Position numbers and translations under genes: made by a program. Positions 47,277-57,568 of a DNA stretch of 64,000 nt are shown piece by piece. The notes under the pieces are model-generated. The model searched no databases, was not told the DNA's origin, and saw nothing but the letters and a program-made list of their open reading frames with translations. The stretch comes from a bacterium. Lineage in GTDB: Bacteria; Bacteroidota; Ignavibacteria; UBA10030. Positions within the stretch are counted from its first letter, which is position 1, and every line of letters begins with the position of its first letter. The stretch spans positions 58,800-122,799 of the forward strand of contig JAZDJN010000012.1 in assembly GCA_043803945.1 (NCBI GenBank). The letters are read 5' to 3'.

Positions 47277-47615
47277 CCCTCCTTCGTGTGGAATTTGTGA
47301 ACGCGTATTGTGCCGTTATTTACAAGTGTTAGATGGTCAAGCACGGCGGGGATTTGTTCTGTCAAGTTAATATTGTCAGGAATGAAAGTCAATGTTCAGA
47401 TGAGGCGGGAAATTACATCAACGAAAGATTACCCATCAGCAAAACGCTAAAGAAAGCTGAGGTTTTGATAGTTTTACCATGTCTATTCGAGTTTCTTTTT
47501 CTCCCACCGTTGAGTGGTCAGTGTGCAACAGAACAGTACCATGCTGCGAACCGTTCGGATCATGACTTCATATTCCTTTCGTTCAATACTCAAATTCTTT
47601 TTTCCTTATACCGGT

Positions 47616-48206
47616 TTACCGTTCTTTCATCTTGTCTCGTAATATTTCAATTGCCTTCTTAAGGCGGCGTTTGCGTGTCTCTTCCTTCTTGGCTTCCTCA
47701 ATCCACCGGACATATTCTTTCTTATGGGTATAGGCAAGCGATTCGAAATATTCCTTCATCTTCTTGTCCTTCTCGAGAAGCGACTGAAAATCTTTGGGGA
47801 CGACTATTTCTTCCTTCGTCACCTTCACTCCCTTCATGTTCAGTGATACAGCTTCCTTGATGTACAATGCAATAACATGTTCATCAACCTGATCCAGACT
47901 CGTAAAATTGATCTTGCGCATTGATTTCGCCTCTACCGTATCCTGGACAAAGAGTTTCTTGGGATCTTTCATCAAGGCTCCTTTAAAGAACCAGAGCCCG
48001 ACATGCTTCTTGAAAGCACCGATACCGCACACCATGCCATTCTTGCTATAGTTCGGCCCCCATTTCCAATCTTCAATAATTTCCGGATCGACCCTGAGCA
48101 CGAGTTCTCTCAATCGATAACAAATTGGCTTTGCAAACTCCGGCGCTCTGGCAAAGTACGCTTCAACTTGTTGTTTTGCAATCAGTCGATTTTTCGAGGC
48201 TGCCAT
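47616..48206 (-). CDS. YdeI/OmpD-associated family protein (DUF1801 plus OmdA)
   Basis: EDWKWGPNY, FFKGALMKDP, VPKDF, WIEEAKKEETRKRR. Confidence 0.85.
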   Translation of the reverse strand: MAASKNRLIAKQQVEAYFARAPEFAKPICYRLRELVLRVDPEIIEDWKWGPNYSKNGMVCGIGAFKKHVGLWFFKGALMKDPKKLFVQDTVEAKSMRKINFTSLDQVDEHVIALYIKEAVSLNMKGVKVTKEEIVVPKDFQSLLEKDKKMKEYFESLAYTHKKEYVRWIEEAKKEETRKRRLKKAIEILRDKMKER

Positions 48207-48329
48207 TGAGAGTATCTCCTCTTATTGAAAGGACAATTGTTTTTCACTGCAATGATTGAGAGATTATACCGCTCGTTTCAATTGGTGTTTGAGAAAATTA
48301 TTCCGGTTCTGAACTGAGCCAATGGGAGC

Positions 48330-49982
48330 TTAGATGTACACTGTCAATCCATCATAGGCAAAACCAACAGGGATCGGATAGCTCAACTCATGCAGTAACT
48401 GTCTTGTTAAGAGCAATTTCTCATCGAGGAAGTCATCCGCATGCATGGGGTCATGATGGGTGATAATCCACTGGCCGACACCGCACAATTTCGCCAGCAC
48501 ACATGCATTGGAGAGCGCTGTATGCCCCCACCCGACTTTATAGGCATATTCTTGATTGAGATATTGTGATTCCGCAATAAGAATATCTGCACCGCGGATA
48601 AAATTGATCAGGTTCTTATAGGGCAGAAGCATTTCGCTCGATGGTTGAATATCGAAGGGAGAGCCGAGATATCCGTGGAGGAACTCATTATCGGTTATAT
48701 AGACAATTTTTTTCTTGTTGACTTCCACCTTAAAACCAACGGCAGCGCCAGGATGATGAACATATTCCCAGAAAACCTGAATTGATCCCAGAGTAATTGG
48801 GTTCTCCTTCAGGTGCACGAACTCAATTTTTCCCATCATATCCGAAAGCTGCACCGGAAAGTAATCGGAGTCGAGCTGTCCGCCAAACACCGACTTCAAA
48901 TCTTTTCCGAAGCCAGATGCCCCGTAAATACAGAGGTTTCTACGCGCATCATAGGCTGGCGGGAAAAAGGGGAATCCCTGAATATGGTCCCAGTGGGTAT
49001 GCCCGATAAAGAGATGGAGATCATGGAGTTTTTCCGACATGAGGTGCAATCCGAGTTCGCGAATCCCCGTGCCGGCATCGATGATGGCAAGGTCGTTTCC
49101 GCTCCGCACTTCGAGGCATAACGTATTGCCGCCGTAACGCAGGAAGCGAGCACCAGAAACAGGTGTCGAACCGCGTGTACCCCAGAACCGAACATACGGC
49201 CGGGTTCGATCGATGGCCAGTTGAAAACGCTCACTCCCCGACGTTGCCTGCTCCACTGTGGGGCCGCTGAAGGATGGAAGCGACTGCTCATCGAAATATC
49301 GGCGGACAATCTGGAGCATATGCTGCTGCTCGAACGGTTTCGCGACAAAATCAAATGCTCCAAGCTGTTTGACCAGATCCTGATCGGGCTTATAGGCTTT
49401 GGCAGAAAATACAATGATTCCTATCGATCTTGTAGCCGGATCCGATTTTAACTGCTTGAGAATATCGATTCCGTGAATTCCGGGCATCATAATATCAAGA
49501 ATCACCAGGTCAGGGTTGAATTCAGCGATGCGTTCCAGGCATGATGGTCCGTCATGAGCAATAGCCACGTCATAACCATTCTGCCGAAAGAGGTGCGCTG
49601 TAAAATCTGCAACTGCTTCAATATCGTCTGCAACAAGAATCTTTTTCTTCGTCGGTGTTGTAACAGCAACAGTCACTGATCGAATGTAGTCGATCAGGAG
49701 CGGTGTAACCTTCTTCACTTCTTCTTCACGGGAAGCCTGCGCGGCAAGATCCAACAGCTCTCCATACTGCGTCAATTGTTCAAACCCGAACATCTTCCCG
49801 CTGCCGCGATATTTATGGGTAAGCTTCCGGATGGTGTTATAGTCGAGATTCTGTAATGCTTCTTCAAGGAGAGAGATTCCCTGTCGTGCCTGCTCGAGAA
49901 ACTCCGTTGCAAACGGCGCCATTTCCGGGTCGACATTGACGACAATGGCCGCTTCTGAGTTGTGAAGATTCGATTCATTCAT
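48330..49982 (-). CDS. Hpt - receiver - metallo-beta-lactamase-fold hydrolase fusion
   Basis: Hpt HKYRGSG; REC ADD...LDIMMP...KPF; MBL GTRGS, DAGTG, HTHWDH, HHDP. Confidence 0.85.
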   Translation of the reverse strand: MNESNLHNSEAAIVVNVDPEMAPFATEFLEQARQGISLLEEALQNLDYNTIRKLTHKYRGSGKMFGFEQLTQYGELLDLAAQASREEEVKKVTPLLIDYIRSVTVAVTTPTKKKILVADDIEAVADFTAHLFRQNGYDVAIAHDGPSCLERIAEFNPDLVILDIMMPGIHGIDILKQLKSDPATRSIGIIVFSAKAYKPDQDLVKQLGAFDFVAKPFEQQHMLQIVRRYFDEQSLPSFSGPTVEQATSGSERFQLAIDRTRPYVRFWGTRGSTPVSGARFLRYGGNTLCLEVRSGNDLAIIDAGTGIRELGLHLMSEKLHDLHLFIGHTHWDHIQGFPFFPPAYDARRNLCIYGASGFGKDLKSVFGGQLDSDYFPVQLSDMMGKIEFVHLKENPITLGSIQVFWEYVHHPGAAVGFKVEVNKKKIVYITDNEFLHGYLGSPFDIQPSSEMLLPYKNLINFIRGADILIAESQYLNQEYAYKVGWGHTALSNACVLAKLCGVGQWIITHHDPMHADDFLDEKLLLTRQLLHELSYPIPVGFAYDGLTVYI

Positions 49983-50361
49983 CGTTGTTTCCCCCTTGGT
50001 TGACCAATCGTGCTATGATCTCGATCAGCGTTTGATGTTCAAACGGTTTCACGAGAGATGCATCTGCCCCGATCTGCCGTGCCCGCTCTTTGAGATTTTC
50101 AGCACTTGCCGATAATAATACGATTGGGATATGCCGGATCTCGGGGTCCGCTTTCACTATTGTACACACTTCGCTCCCCAGCATCATTGGTAAATTCAAA
50201 TCGAGTAACACAAGATCGGGCTTTTCCTGTTGAATGATGGCCAATCCTTCTGATCCATTGTAGGCAGTAAGAATTTCGTACCCGGCCTTCTTCATGCGAA
50301 ATCTGATCAGTTTCACCAAATCAATTTCATCATCAACGATGAGAATCCGTTTCATGCTCAT
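49975..50361 (-). CDS. Single-domain response regulator
   Basis: ILIVDDE, LLDLNLP, LLSA, VKPF. Confidence 0.92.
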   Translation of the reverse strand: MSMKRILIVDDEIDLVKLIRFRMKKAGYEILTAYNGSEGLAIIQQEKPDLVLLDLNLPMMLGSEVCTIVKADPEIRHIPIVLLSASAENLKERARQIGADASLVKPFEHQTLIEIIARLVNQGGNNDE

Positions 50362-51476
50362 GCGGTACCTCCCGCTTCAGCCAGAGGAAGTGTAAAGAAG
50401 AATTCCGAACCTGTCTCTCCATCTGACTCCACCCAGATTGATCCGCCATGCCCCTCCACAATTTCCTTGGAGATAGCCAATCCCAGACCTGTGCCCCCAG
50501 GACGCCGGTATGCTGTTTCATTGATCTGTTCGAATTCGTGGAACAACTGGCCGAGATGTTCTTTGTCGATACCAATTCCTGTATCTTTTACGCCAACCTT
50601 TAGAACGCCGTCTTGACACGACGTCCTGATCATGATCTCTCCCCATTCTGTATATTTCAATGCATTGCTCAAAAGGTTATTCAAGACTTGTTGAATTTTA
50701 TCCACATCGCATCGAACCAGGTAATTATTATCTGCAAATTCCGCGCGCAGGACCAACCCTTGTTTTGCTGCGGCAGCCTGATGAAGAGCGAGCACATCGT
50801 TAATCACTGGTTGCAGTGAAATATTCTTGAGAGTGAAACTTACCTTTCCGGATTCAAGACGGCTAAACTCAAGAACATCATTGATCAACCGATGCAGACG
50901 ATCAACATTCCGTTTCGCAAGGTGGAGAAATTCGTGCTGCTCCTCATTAATCGATCCTGTCGATTCATCGAGCACAACGCCAATGCCCTCTTTAATGGCA
51001 GTGAGCGGGGTGCGAAGCTCATGGGAAACCATCGATGTGAATCGAGATTTTACTTTCATTGCCTCCTGCAGTCTGATGTTGGCATTATTGAGATTCGCAG
51101 CAAGCTCTTCTGCAGTCTCTTTGGCCTTGCGCAAACCAGCCTCTGAATGTTTCCTGGCATCCAACACAAACGCTACAATGAGAAACATGCCCAGGCGTAC
51201 ACCGGCATTCCAATAATGTATCGAGAGGGCCATCTGTTCCTTCGCCGTTACGAAGTTTAATACCATCCAAAGACCTGCAGAAATTATTGCAACAATAATA
51301 CCCCATCGCAAATCGATGTACCAGACAAGGAGTGAAACAGGGCCCAGGTAGAAAATTGAGGATGCTATCTCCGCTCCGGTCAAATAATCGAAAAAAGCAA
51401 TCAGGACAAGCAACACCAAGCTGAACATAAGTATTTCAGCACGCGAACGACCTGACAGCCAGCCGCTATAGTCCAC
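50358..51476 (-). CDS. Membrane-embedded sensor histidine kinase
   Basis: Four N-terminal TMs; SHELRTP, NLLSNALKY, DTGIGI, GTGLGL. Confidence 0.93.
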   Translation of the reverse strand: MDYSGWLSGRSRAEILMFSLVLLVLIAFFDYLTGAEIASSIFYLGPVSLLVWYIDLRWGIIVAIISAGLWMVLNFVTAKEQMALSIHYWNAGVRLGMFLIVAFVLDARKHSEAGLRKAKETAEELAANLNNANIRLQEAMKVKSRFTSMVSHELRTPLTAIKEGIGVVLDESTGSINEEQHEFLHLAKRNVDRLHRLINDVLEFSRLESGKVSFTLKNISLQPVINDVLALHQAAAAKQGLVLRAEFADNNYLVRCDVDKIQQVLNNLLSNALKYTEWGEIMIRTSCQDGVLKVGVKDTGIGIDKEHLGQLFHEFEQINETAYRRPGGTGLGLAISKEIVEGHGGSIWVESDGETGSEFFFTLPLAEAGGTA

Positions 51477-51666
51477 TGGTATGAATCCTTTCCCCCTCTC
51501 CCTCTTTTAGCTCATTGGAATTATAAACAAAAGTAGCGATTCTTTAAAATAGATTCCAGCAATGATGCTTCCAGCGTTCTCTTCCCATACCATAAAACCA
51601 GTAAATACCATCGACATTGCAACTCGCCGGTATTAATAGTAGATTTTTGTGAACGTAATAGCGTGA

Positions 51667-52017
51667 ATGAAAAATCCAGATTAACATTCTGAAATTGCCA
51701 TGCTGATAAATTTTGGCAAAACAAGCACACAATGGCTGAATTCCCTCGGTATCTTCACAAAAGCTGACCTTCAGAAATTCGGATCGTTTGACCGCTACAT
51801 CTGGCAATTGGTCGGCGGAAAGCCGAAACTTAACGCATGGAAGACCTTGAAAAAGATCCCTCCCAAAACTTCGGAGTCTAATGCAATGAGCAAGGATCTG
51901 AAAAAACGCGGGTTCTCATTCGTCGGTTCAACCATCTGCTATGCCTTTATGCAGGCAGTCGGCATGGTGAACGATCATCTCATCACCTGCTTTCGTTACA
52001 GGTACAGCAAAGTATGA
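51667..52017 (+). pseudogene. tag: Chimeric remnant: TfoX-C-like HhH N-terminus fused to the C-terminal third of DNA-3-methyladenine glycosylase I
   Basis: MKNPD*HSEIAMLINFGKTSTQWLNSLGIFTKADLQK then FGSFDRYIWQ...LKKRGFSFVGSTICYAFMQAVGMVNDHLITCF. The Tag N-terminal two thirds are absent and there is an in-frame TAA at 51682. Confidence 0.7.
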
Positions 52018-52670
52018 ATACACTTGTTAAAATCTGTTGTATCAGCACTTGTGAAGAGGCAAAGCTGGCTATTCAGTACGGCGCATCTGCCATTGGATTG
52101 GTCTCTGCTATGCCAAGCGGGCCAGGGCCAATCGACGAGGCATTGATCACAAAAATTGCGGCCACGATTCCTCCAGGCGTTTCAACATTTCTCCTCACTT
52201 CTCAACAGGATGCCGCAGCTATCATCCGCCAGCAGCATAGAACGAGAGTGAATACTGTTCAACTCGTCGATGCCGTCAGCATAGAAACGCTCAATATCCT
52301 GCGGGAGGAGCTTCCCGGTGTTTCCCTTGTACAGGTCATTCACGTTCTCGGTGAAGATTCCATACGCGAAGCTGAATGTATTGCACCTTATGTCAATGCC
52401 CTATTGCTCGATTCGGGAAATCCCAATCTAGCGGTGAAGGAATTAGGGGGAACAGGCCGTACGCACAACTGGGGCATCAGTCGAACTATTTGTGCAACGG
52501 TCCATGTTCCAATGTTTCTTGCCGGTGGATTGAAGCCATCGAATATTCGTGAGGCGATTGAGACAGTGCGCCCATTTGGAGTCGATGTCTGTTCCGGCGT
52601 TCGCACGGACAACAGGCTTGATGAACAAAAACTTGCAGAGTTCATGAATCAAGTAACAGGAACCAAGTAA
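52014..52670 (+). CDS. trpF: Phosphoribosylanthranilate isomerase family protein (stand-alone)
   Basis: VKICCI, LLLDSG, LGGTGRTHNW, FLAGGL, GVDVCSGV. Confidence 0.75.
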   Translation: MNTLVKICCISTCEEAKLAIQYGASAIGLVSAMPSGPGPIDEALITKIAATIPPGVSTFLLTSQQDAAAIIRQQHRTRVNTVQLVDAVSIETLNILREELPGVSLVQVIHVLGEDSIREAECIAPYVNALLLDSGNPNLAVKELGGTGRTHNWGISRTICATVHVPMFLAGGLKPSNIREAIETVRPFGVDVCSGVRTDNRLDEQKLAEFMNQVTGTK

Positions 52671-52685
52671 CCGGAAGGAGCTTCC

Positions 52686-52967
52686 ATGCAAACGCAATCC
52701 CGCAAACAATTGTCACTCAAAGAGCTCATGCAAATTCCGGGTGTTGGGAAAAGTATTGCGGAGGACCTCTACGATCTTGGCATTCGAACAATTTCAGATT
52801 TGCAGAAAAACGATCCGGAGAGACTTTATATCAAGCGATGCGCTCAGACCGGTGTTCAACAGGATCGCTGCTTACTCTATGTCTTCCGTTGTGCGGTCTA
52901 CTTCGCTTCGCGGAAGAAGCATGACCCGGAACTTTTGAAATGGTGGAATTGGAAGGAGAGGCAGTAA
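52686..52967 (+). CDS. Helix-hairpin-helix protein, Cdd1 / mitomycin-resistance family
   Basis: IPGVGKSIAEDL, DPERLY, DRCLLYVFRCAVY, KWWNWK. Confidence 0.8.
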   Translation: MQTQSRKQLSLKELMQIPGVGKSIAEDLYDLGIRTISDLQKNDPERLYIKRCAQTGVQQDRCLLYVFRCAVYFASRKKHDPELLKWWNWKERQ

Positions 52968-53025
52968 CCCTCGCATTCACTCTTTTTCTATCATTTCTCC
53001 TCAAGACTCAGTACCTTGCAGTTGC

Positions 53026-53997
53026 ATGACAACTTCACCATCACGCCTGAAACTCATTTTAGCATTCGGAGCGGTCTACATCTTTTGGGGATCGACCTAT
53101 CTCGCCATTCGTATCGCCATTGAAACTGTTCCGCCGTTTCTGATGGCGGGAATCCGGTTTCTTACCGCCGGAGCAATCCTTTTTGGCTGGACAATGGCCC
53201 GCGGTGAATCAAAACCGACAATTGCCCATTGGAAGTCCGCTGCCCTGCTCGGTTTTATTCTGCTTCTCATTGGCAACGGAGCATTAACATGGTCCGAGCA
53301 ATTTCTCCCATCGAGTATTGCCGCGTTGATCGTCACGGCAACACCGTTGTGGTTTGTCATCGTCGATTGTATACAACACGGCGTGAGACCCACAATTCAG
53401 ACAATAGTCGGATTATTACTTGGATCGATTGGCATGGTCATTCTTATCGATCCGACCCGAATAGGTGGCGGAGCACAGATTGACATACGAGCCGCTATCG
53501 TTTTGCTTATCGCCTCGCTTGCCTGGGCTGGAGGATCATTGTATACGAAGACAATTCCAACACCCTCTTCTCCCCTTGTCTCAACAGGCATGCAGATGAT
53601 TGCCGGCGGTGTTTTTCTACTTCTGCTCGGTCTCGTCAGCGGCGAGTTGCAGCAAGTTCAGCTCAGCAAAATCTCAGGGGAATCTCTTCTGGCGATGTTG
53701 TATTTAATGGTGTTTGGGTCGTTGATCGGATTTACTTCCTATAGCTGGCTCTTGAAGGTCGCCTCGCCGGCTATGGTCTCGACCTATGCCTATGTCAATC
53801 CTCTTGTTGCCGTATTCCTCGGCTGGCTTATCGCTGATGAATTAATAACCACCCGAATTCTTTTTGCGGCGGTTATCATTATTGTCGCTGTTGTAACCAT
53901 CACGGTGGAGAATATCAGGAAGACGAGCAAGGTAATCAAGAACATGAAGGTGGCACATGACCATCACAACCTGGAAGCTTCGCCAGAAAATCATTAG
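53026..53997 (+). CDS. EamA/DMT transporter (YedA-like)
   Basis: WGSTYLAI, PPF..AGIRF, STYAYVNP; about 10 TMs. Confidence 0.9.
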   Translation: MTTSPSRLKLILAFGAVYIFWGSTYLAIRIAIETVPPFLMAGIRFLTAGAILFGWTMARGESKPTIAHWKSAALLGFILLLIGNGALTWSEQFLPSSIAALIVTATPLWFVIVDCIQHGVRPTIQTIVGLLLGSIGMVILIDPTRIGGGAQIDIRAAIVLLIASLAWAGGSLYTKTIPTPSSPLVSTGMQMIAGGVFLLLLGLVSGELQQVQLSKISGESLLAMLYLMVFGSLIGFTSYSWLLKVASPAMVSTYAYVNPLVAVFLGWLIADELITTRILFAAVIIIVAVVTITVENIRKTSKVIKNMKVAHDHHNLEASPENH

Positions 53998-54067
53998 CTG
54001 TGTAACTCACCTCAGCGCTCTGACGTATGCAATGAGGTAATCATTTCTCATAAGGAGGGAAAAAACC

Positions 54068-54664
54068 ATGAAAAATATTTTAACACTGCTGATCGTTTGC
54101 CTTATCTCCATTCCGGCGTTTGCACAGGAAGAGACGTTACTTGAGGGTGAGATTGAAAGCGGCGGATTTGGCGGACCTGTGGTCAAGTTTGGACCCGTCA
54201 ATGGAGAATTTGGCCTCTTTGTTGGCGGCCGCGGCGGATGGATTATCAACCATTCCTTCATTCTGGGCGGCGGAGGGTACGGCCTTGTGAATAATGTGAA
54301 AGCAAAAGTTCCATCGATCTATGGCGAAGAGTATCTCGATTTCGGTTATGGCGGAGTGGAGATGGAATATATACCGCACTCGAACAAGCTTATCCACATT
54401 TCATTTATGACGCTCATTGGTGCGGGCGGCATTGGATGGAAGGACAAGGATAACGCGGTGATGCTCAATAATCGCCAGAGAGAAAGCGATGCGTTCTTCA
54501 TTGTTGAACCTGCCGTTAATGTAACGCTGAATATCACACAATATTTTCGCATCAGCGGCGGTGCCAGCTATCGCTACATCACCGGTTTGGAGTCGGCAGC
54601 AGCAAAGAATGCCGATGTCAGCGGGCCAACTGCAATGTTGACATTCCGCTTTGGCAAGTTTTAG
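54068..54664 (+). CDS. Small outer-membrane beta-barrel protein
   Basis: Signal peptide (AFA|QE); alternating Gly/aromatic strands; C-terminal FGKF; GGAGG RBS. Confidence 0.7.
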   Translation: MKNILTLLIVCLISIPAFAQEETLLEGEIESGGFGGPVVKFGPVNGEFGLFVGGRGGWIINHSFILGGGGYGLVNNVKAKVPSIYGEEYLDFGYGGVEMEYIPHSNKLIHISFMTLIGAGGIGWKDKDNAVMLNNRQRESDAFFIVEPAVNVTLNITQYFRISGGASYRYITGLESAAAKNADVSGPTAMLTFRFGKF

Positions 54665-54715
54665 CAAAAACCATTCAACAAAAGATAATGACCAGCTTAT
54701 CATCACAGCCGGTCA

Positions 54716-55849
54716 TTGTTTTCAATCACAACAGGAACCTCAGTGTCGATCGGCAGGAGAATAGCCGGATGGATTGTTGTTGCATGTTTCTTGATTGCAG
54801 CAGCAAGCGGTCAGAGCAGAGAAACAAGCTCAGACTCAAGCGATGCAGGTGCAACGGGTATACTGCCGCTGCCAATTTTTTTCTATACGCCTGAAACAGG
54901 ATTTGCCGGCGGCGGCGTAGTGATGTACTTCAGCAGGCCTTCCTCCCGGTATAAGAATGTTCGACCCTCGACTGCTAATCTTAACTTCATTTACACGGAG
55001 AAGAAGCAGATCATTTCTGAATTCTATACAGATCTTTATACACTGGATAATCTGTACCGCGTTAACGCAGGAATATCGTACAACCGTTTCCCGCAGAAAT
55101 TCTACGGCGTCGGCAGCAACGCTTCTTCAAGCAGCGAAGAATTCTATACTTCAAAAAGCTTAAGAACTTCCATTGAAGGATACCGGCATGTTTCCGATCA
55201 TCTCAGCGCGGGCATTTCCTATTTCTACGAGAACCGCTCGCTCACAGATCTTGAACCCGACGGTCTCCTCGCTGCTAAAGCTGTCGTTGGCAGCAACGGT
55301 GGCGTGACAACCGGGCCCGGTGTTTTATTGTATTGGGATTCGCGCGATAATATCTTCTCTCCCCTCGACGGCGAGTATCATCAGGCTTCATTCAAAGTAG
55401 CATCCCATGCCCTCGGCAGTGATTTTAACTTCACCCGCCTTGCGGTCGATGTACGGAAATTCATAAACCTCGGCAACGATCACATCCTTGTATTGCAGGG
55501 AATTGCCGTCTCAATTAATGGCACTGCACCATTTCATAAACTGGACGGTATTGGCGGACAATCCATACTGCGCGGCTACTACGAAGGTCGGTACCGCGAT
55601 AAGAAAATGCTTGTTGCCCAGGCCGAGTATCGCTCCCCGATGGTGTGGCGCTTCACCGGTGCTCTCTTTGCCGGCCTAGGAGATGTGGCATCAACAGTGT
55701 CAGCATTTCGGATGAGAGACCTCAAACCATCATACGGATTCGGCATACGCTTCTTCTTCGAACCAAAGGAACGTCTGTGCATCCGAATGGATTTCGGATT
55801 CGGGCAATACTCTTCAGGTTTGTACTTCACCGCCTCTGAAGCCTACTGA
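54716..55849 (+). CDS. Omp85/BamA-TamA-family barrel without POTRA domains
   Basis: PIFFYTPETG, WDSRDN, LRGYYEGRYRD, YGFGIRF, C-terminal EAY. Start uncertain. Confidence 0.8.
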   Translation: MFSITTGTSVSIGRRIAGWIVVACFLIAAASGQSRETSSDSSDAGATGILPLPIFFYTPETGFAGGGVVMYFSRPSSRYKNVRPSTANLNFIYTEKKQIISEFYTDLYTLDNLYRVNAGISYNRFPQKFYGVGSNASSSSEEFYTSKSLRTSIEGYRHVSDHLSAGISYFYENRSLTDLEPDGLLAAKAVVGSNGGVTTGPGVLLYWDSRDNIFSPLDGEYHQASFKVASHALGSDFNFTRLAVDVRKFINLGNDHILVLQGIAVSINGTAPFHKLDGIGGQSILRGYYEGRYRDKKMLVAQAEYRSPMVWRFTGALFAGLGDVASTVSAFRMRDLKPSYGFGIRFFFEPKERLCIRMDFGFGQYSSGLYFTASEAY

Positions 55850-55925
55850 ATACCGATCTCGGCCCCACCCCGCTCAACACTGATTCATTGATTTTCTGGT
55901 TTCTCTTCCCGTTATTCTACTCAGT

Positions 55926-57515
55926 ATGAAACCTGCGAAATCGATTTACTGCTTGTTTGCACTATGTTGGCTGGTTTCCAGCCTCCTGACAGCACAACAA
56001 TCCGACAATCCGTTGTATCGTGATTACCGTGCACCAAGTCCCTCTTCGTTCCTACTCCGCCGCGGTGATCTTTCCTACAATCTTTTACAACTCTTCCTGC
56101 TCGAACGCAAGGCAAATGCTGGTGATTTTCTCGCCCAGCATGAGCTTGGCCTTCGCTATTTGCTTGGAGAAGGCGTCGGTGCCGACACCGTCAAGGCAGC
56201 GTACTGGATCAGCCGCGCGTCGATGGGCAACTTCAATGAAGCAAAGTACAATTACGGCATTCTTCTTTTCAACGGCATTGGGCTTGAGTGGAATCCATTT
56301 GAGGCGTACCGACAATTTCGCGTCTGTGCCGAGGGGGGCATGCCGGAAGCACAGTTCTTCCAGGCGATGATTCTCACGGAGAATTTCGTCGTTCAACAGA
56401 ATTGGGAGTCAGCATACAGCCTGCTGAAACAATCCGCTGCAAAAGGAAATACCTCTGCCCAGGCAGCCGTGAAGGATTTTGAAGCACGGGGATTGGGTGT
56501 TCCGTCATCCCAAAGGGCGGTAGATACAAGCAAACAGCGCAAGATGCAGCAAGCGCCAAAGGCATTAGGATTTGTCTTCATCGATCAACAGGCAGACACT
56601 TCAAACCAGAATAATCCGGCACTCCTGGCTGAGGCCCTGCGTGATGCATCGCCCGGACTTCTACGTTCACTCGGTGTTGCACAACCGTCGCGGAGACCAT
56701 CGGCAAGAGAAGGCGCTGAGAAAAAGCAGGAAACTCCTGTCATTGATTTAACGCTCATTCAACAGGCGGCGGAAGAAGGAAGTCCGGAAGCGTTACTTAT
56801 TCTCGCCCGCTCGTACGAGCAGGGCATCGGAGTTAAGAAGAGCTTTCTCCAGGCAGCGGTGTACTACTTACGGGCAATACGCATGTCTTCTTTGCGTGCT
56901 CCCGGTGCCCTTGCGCACATGATGGAGCAGGAGGCTTTCTATAGCGAATTAAAATCTCATGTCGACGCACAGGATCCGGATGCACAGTTCGTCTGGGCAT
57001 CGCTAGTGGCATACCAGTTGGATTATCCGCTGGCAAAGGAGAAAGCGTATATTACCGAACCGCAGGCACTCGAGCTTCTGGAGAAAGCAGCTTCAAAGCT
57101 GCATGTCCAATCGCTGCTCGAGCTTGGCCTCTGCTACTATTCAGGCCGATGGACGCCGGAAGACCGGGAGAAAGCAATCAGATTATGGAAGCAGGCAGCC
57201 GGACTTGGCAACCGCGAGGCCGTACTACGGCTTGCCACGCTGGCAACGCGAAGTCTTATTGAAGCGGAACGGAACAGTGCTGTCGTACTCCTTTCTCATG
57301 CCGCACAGGGTGGATCGATTCTTGCCCAGGTAGCACTTGCCTATTGTTATGAAACCGGAGCCGGTATCCCGAAAAAAACTGCAGAAGCAGTTCACCTCTA
57401 TCGAACAGCCGCGCAGCGCGGAAATCAGAGCGCCTTTATCGCCCTCAAGCGCCTTCACGATTCCATCAGGCCCAAGGAGAAGGAGTTTGAGATCCGGGAA
57501 GAAGAATTGCAGTAA
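55926..57515 (+). CDS. Secreted Sel1-like repeat protein
   Basis: Signal peptide; repeated AQ..LG..Y..G.G and A...Y..AA..G motifs. Confidence 0.88.
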   Translation: MKPAKSIYCLFALCWLVSSLLTAQQSDNPLYRDYRAPSPSSFLLRRGDLSYNLLQLFLLERKANAGDFLAQHELGLRYLLGEGVGADTVKAAYWISRASMGNFNEAKYNYGILLFNGIGLEWNPFEAYRQFRVCAEGGMPEAQFFQAMILTENFVVQQNWESAYSLLKQSAAKGNTSAQAAVKDFEARGLGVPSSQRAVDTSKQRKMQQAPKALGFVFIDQQADTSNQNNPALLAEALRDASPGLLRSLGVAQPSRRPSAREGAEKKQETPVIDLTLIQQAAEEGSPEALLILARSYEQGIGVKKSFLQAAVYYLRAIRMSSLRAPGALAHMMEQEAFYSELKSHVDAQDPDAQFVWASLVAYQLDYPLAKEKAYITEPQALELLEKAASKLHVQSLLELGLCYYSGRWTPEDREKAIRLWKQAAGLGNREAVLRLATLATRSLIEAERNSAVVLLSHAAQGGSILAQVALAYCYETGAGIPKKTAEAVHLYRTAAQRGNQSAFIALKRLHDSIRPKEKEFEIREEELQ

Positions 57516-57568
57516 TTGCTTTCCCGATGGCCATAAATGGCATCCGATTGATTTGCTTGTTATTTGCA

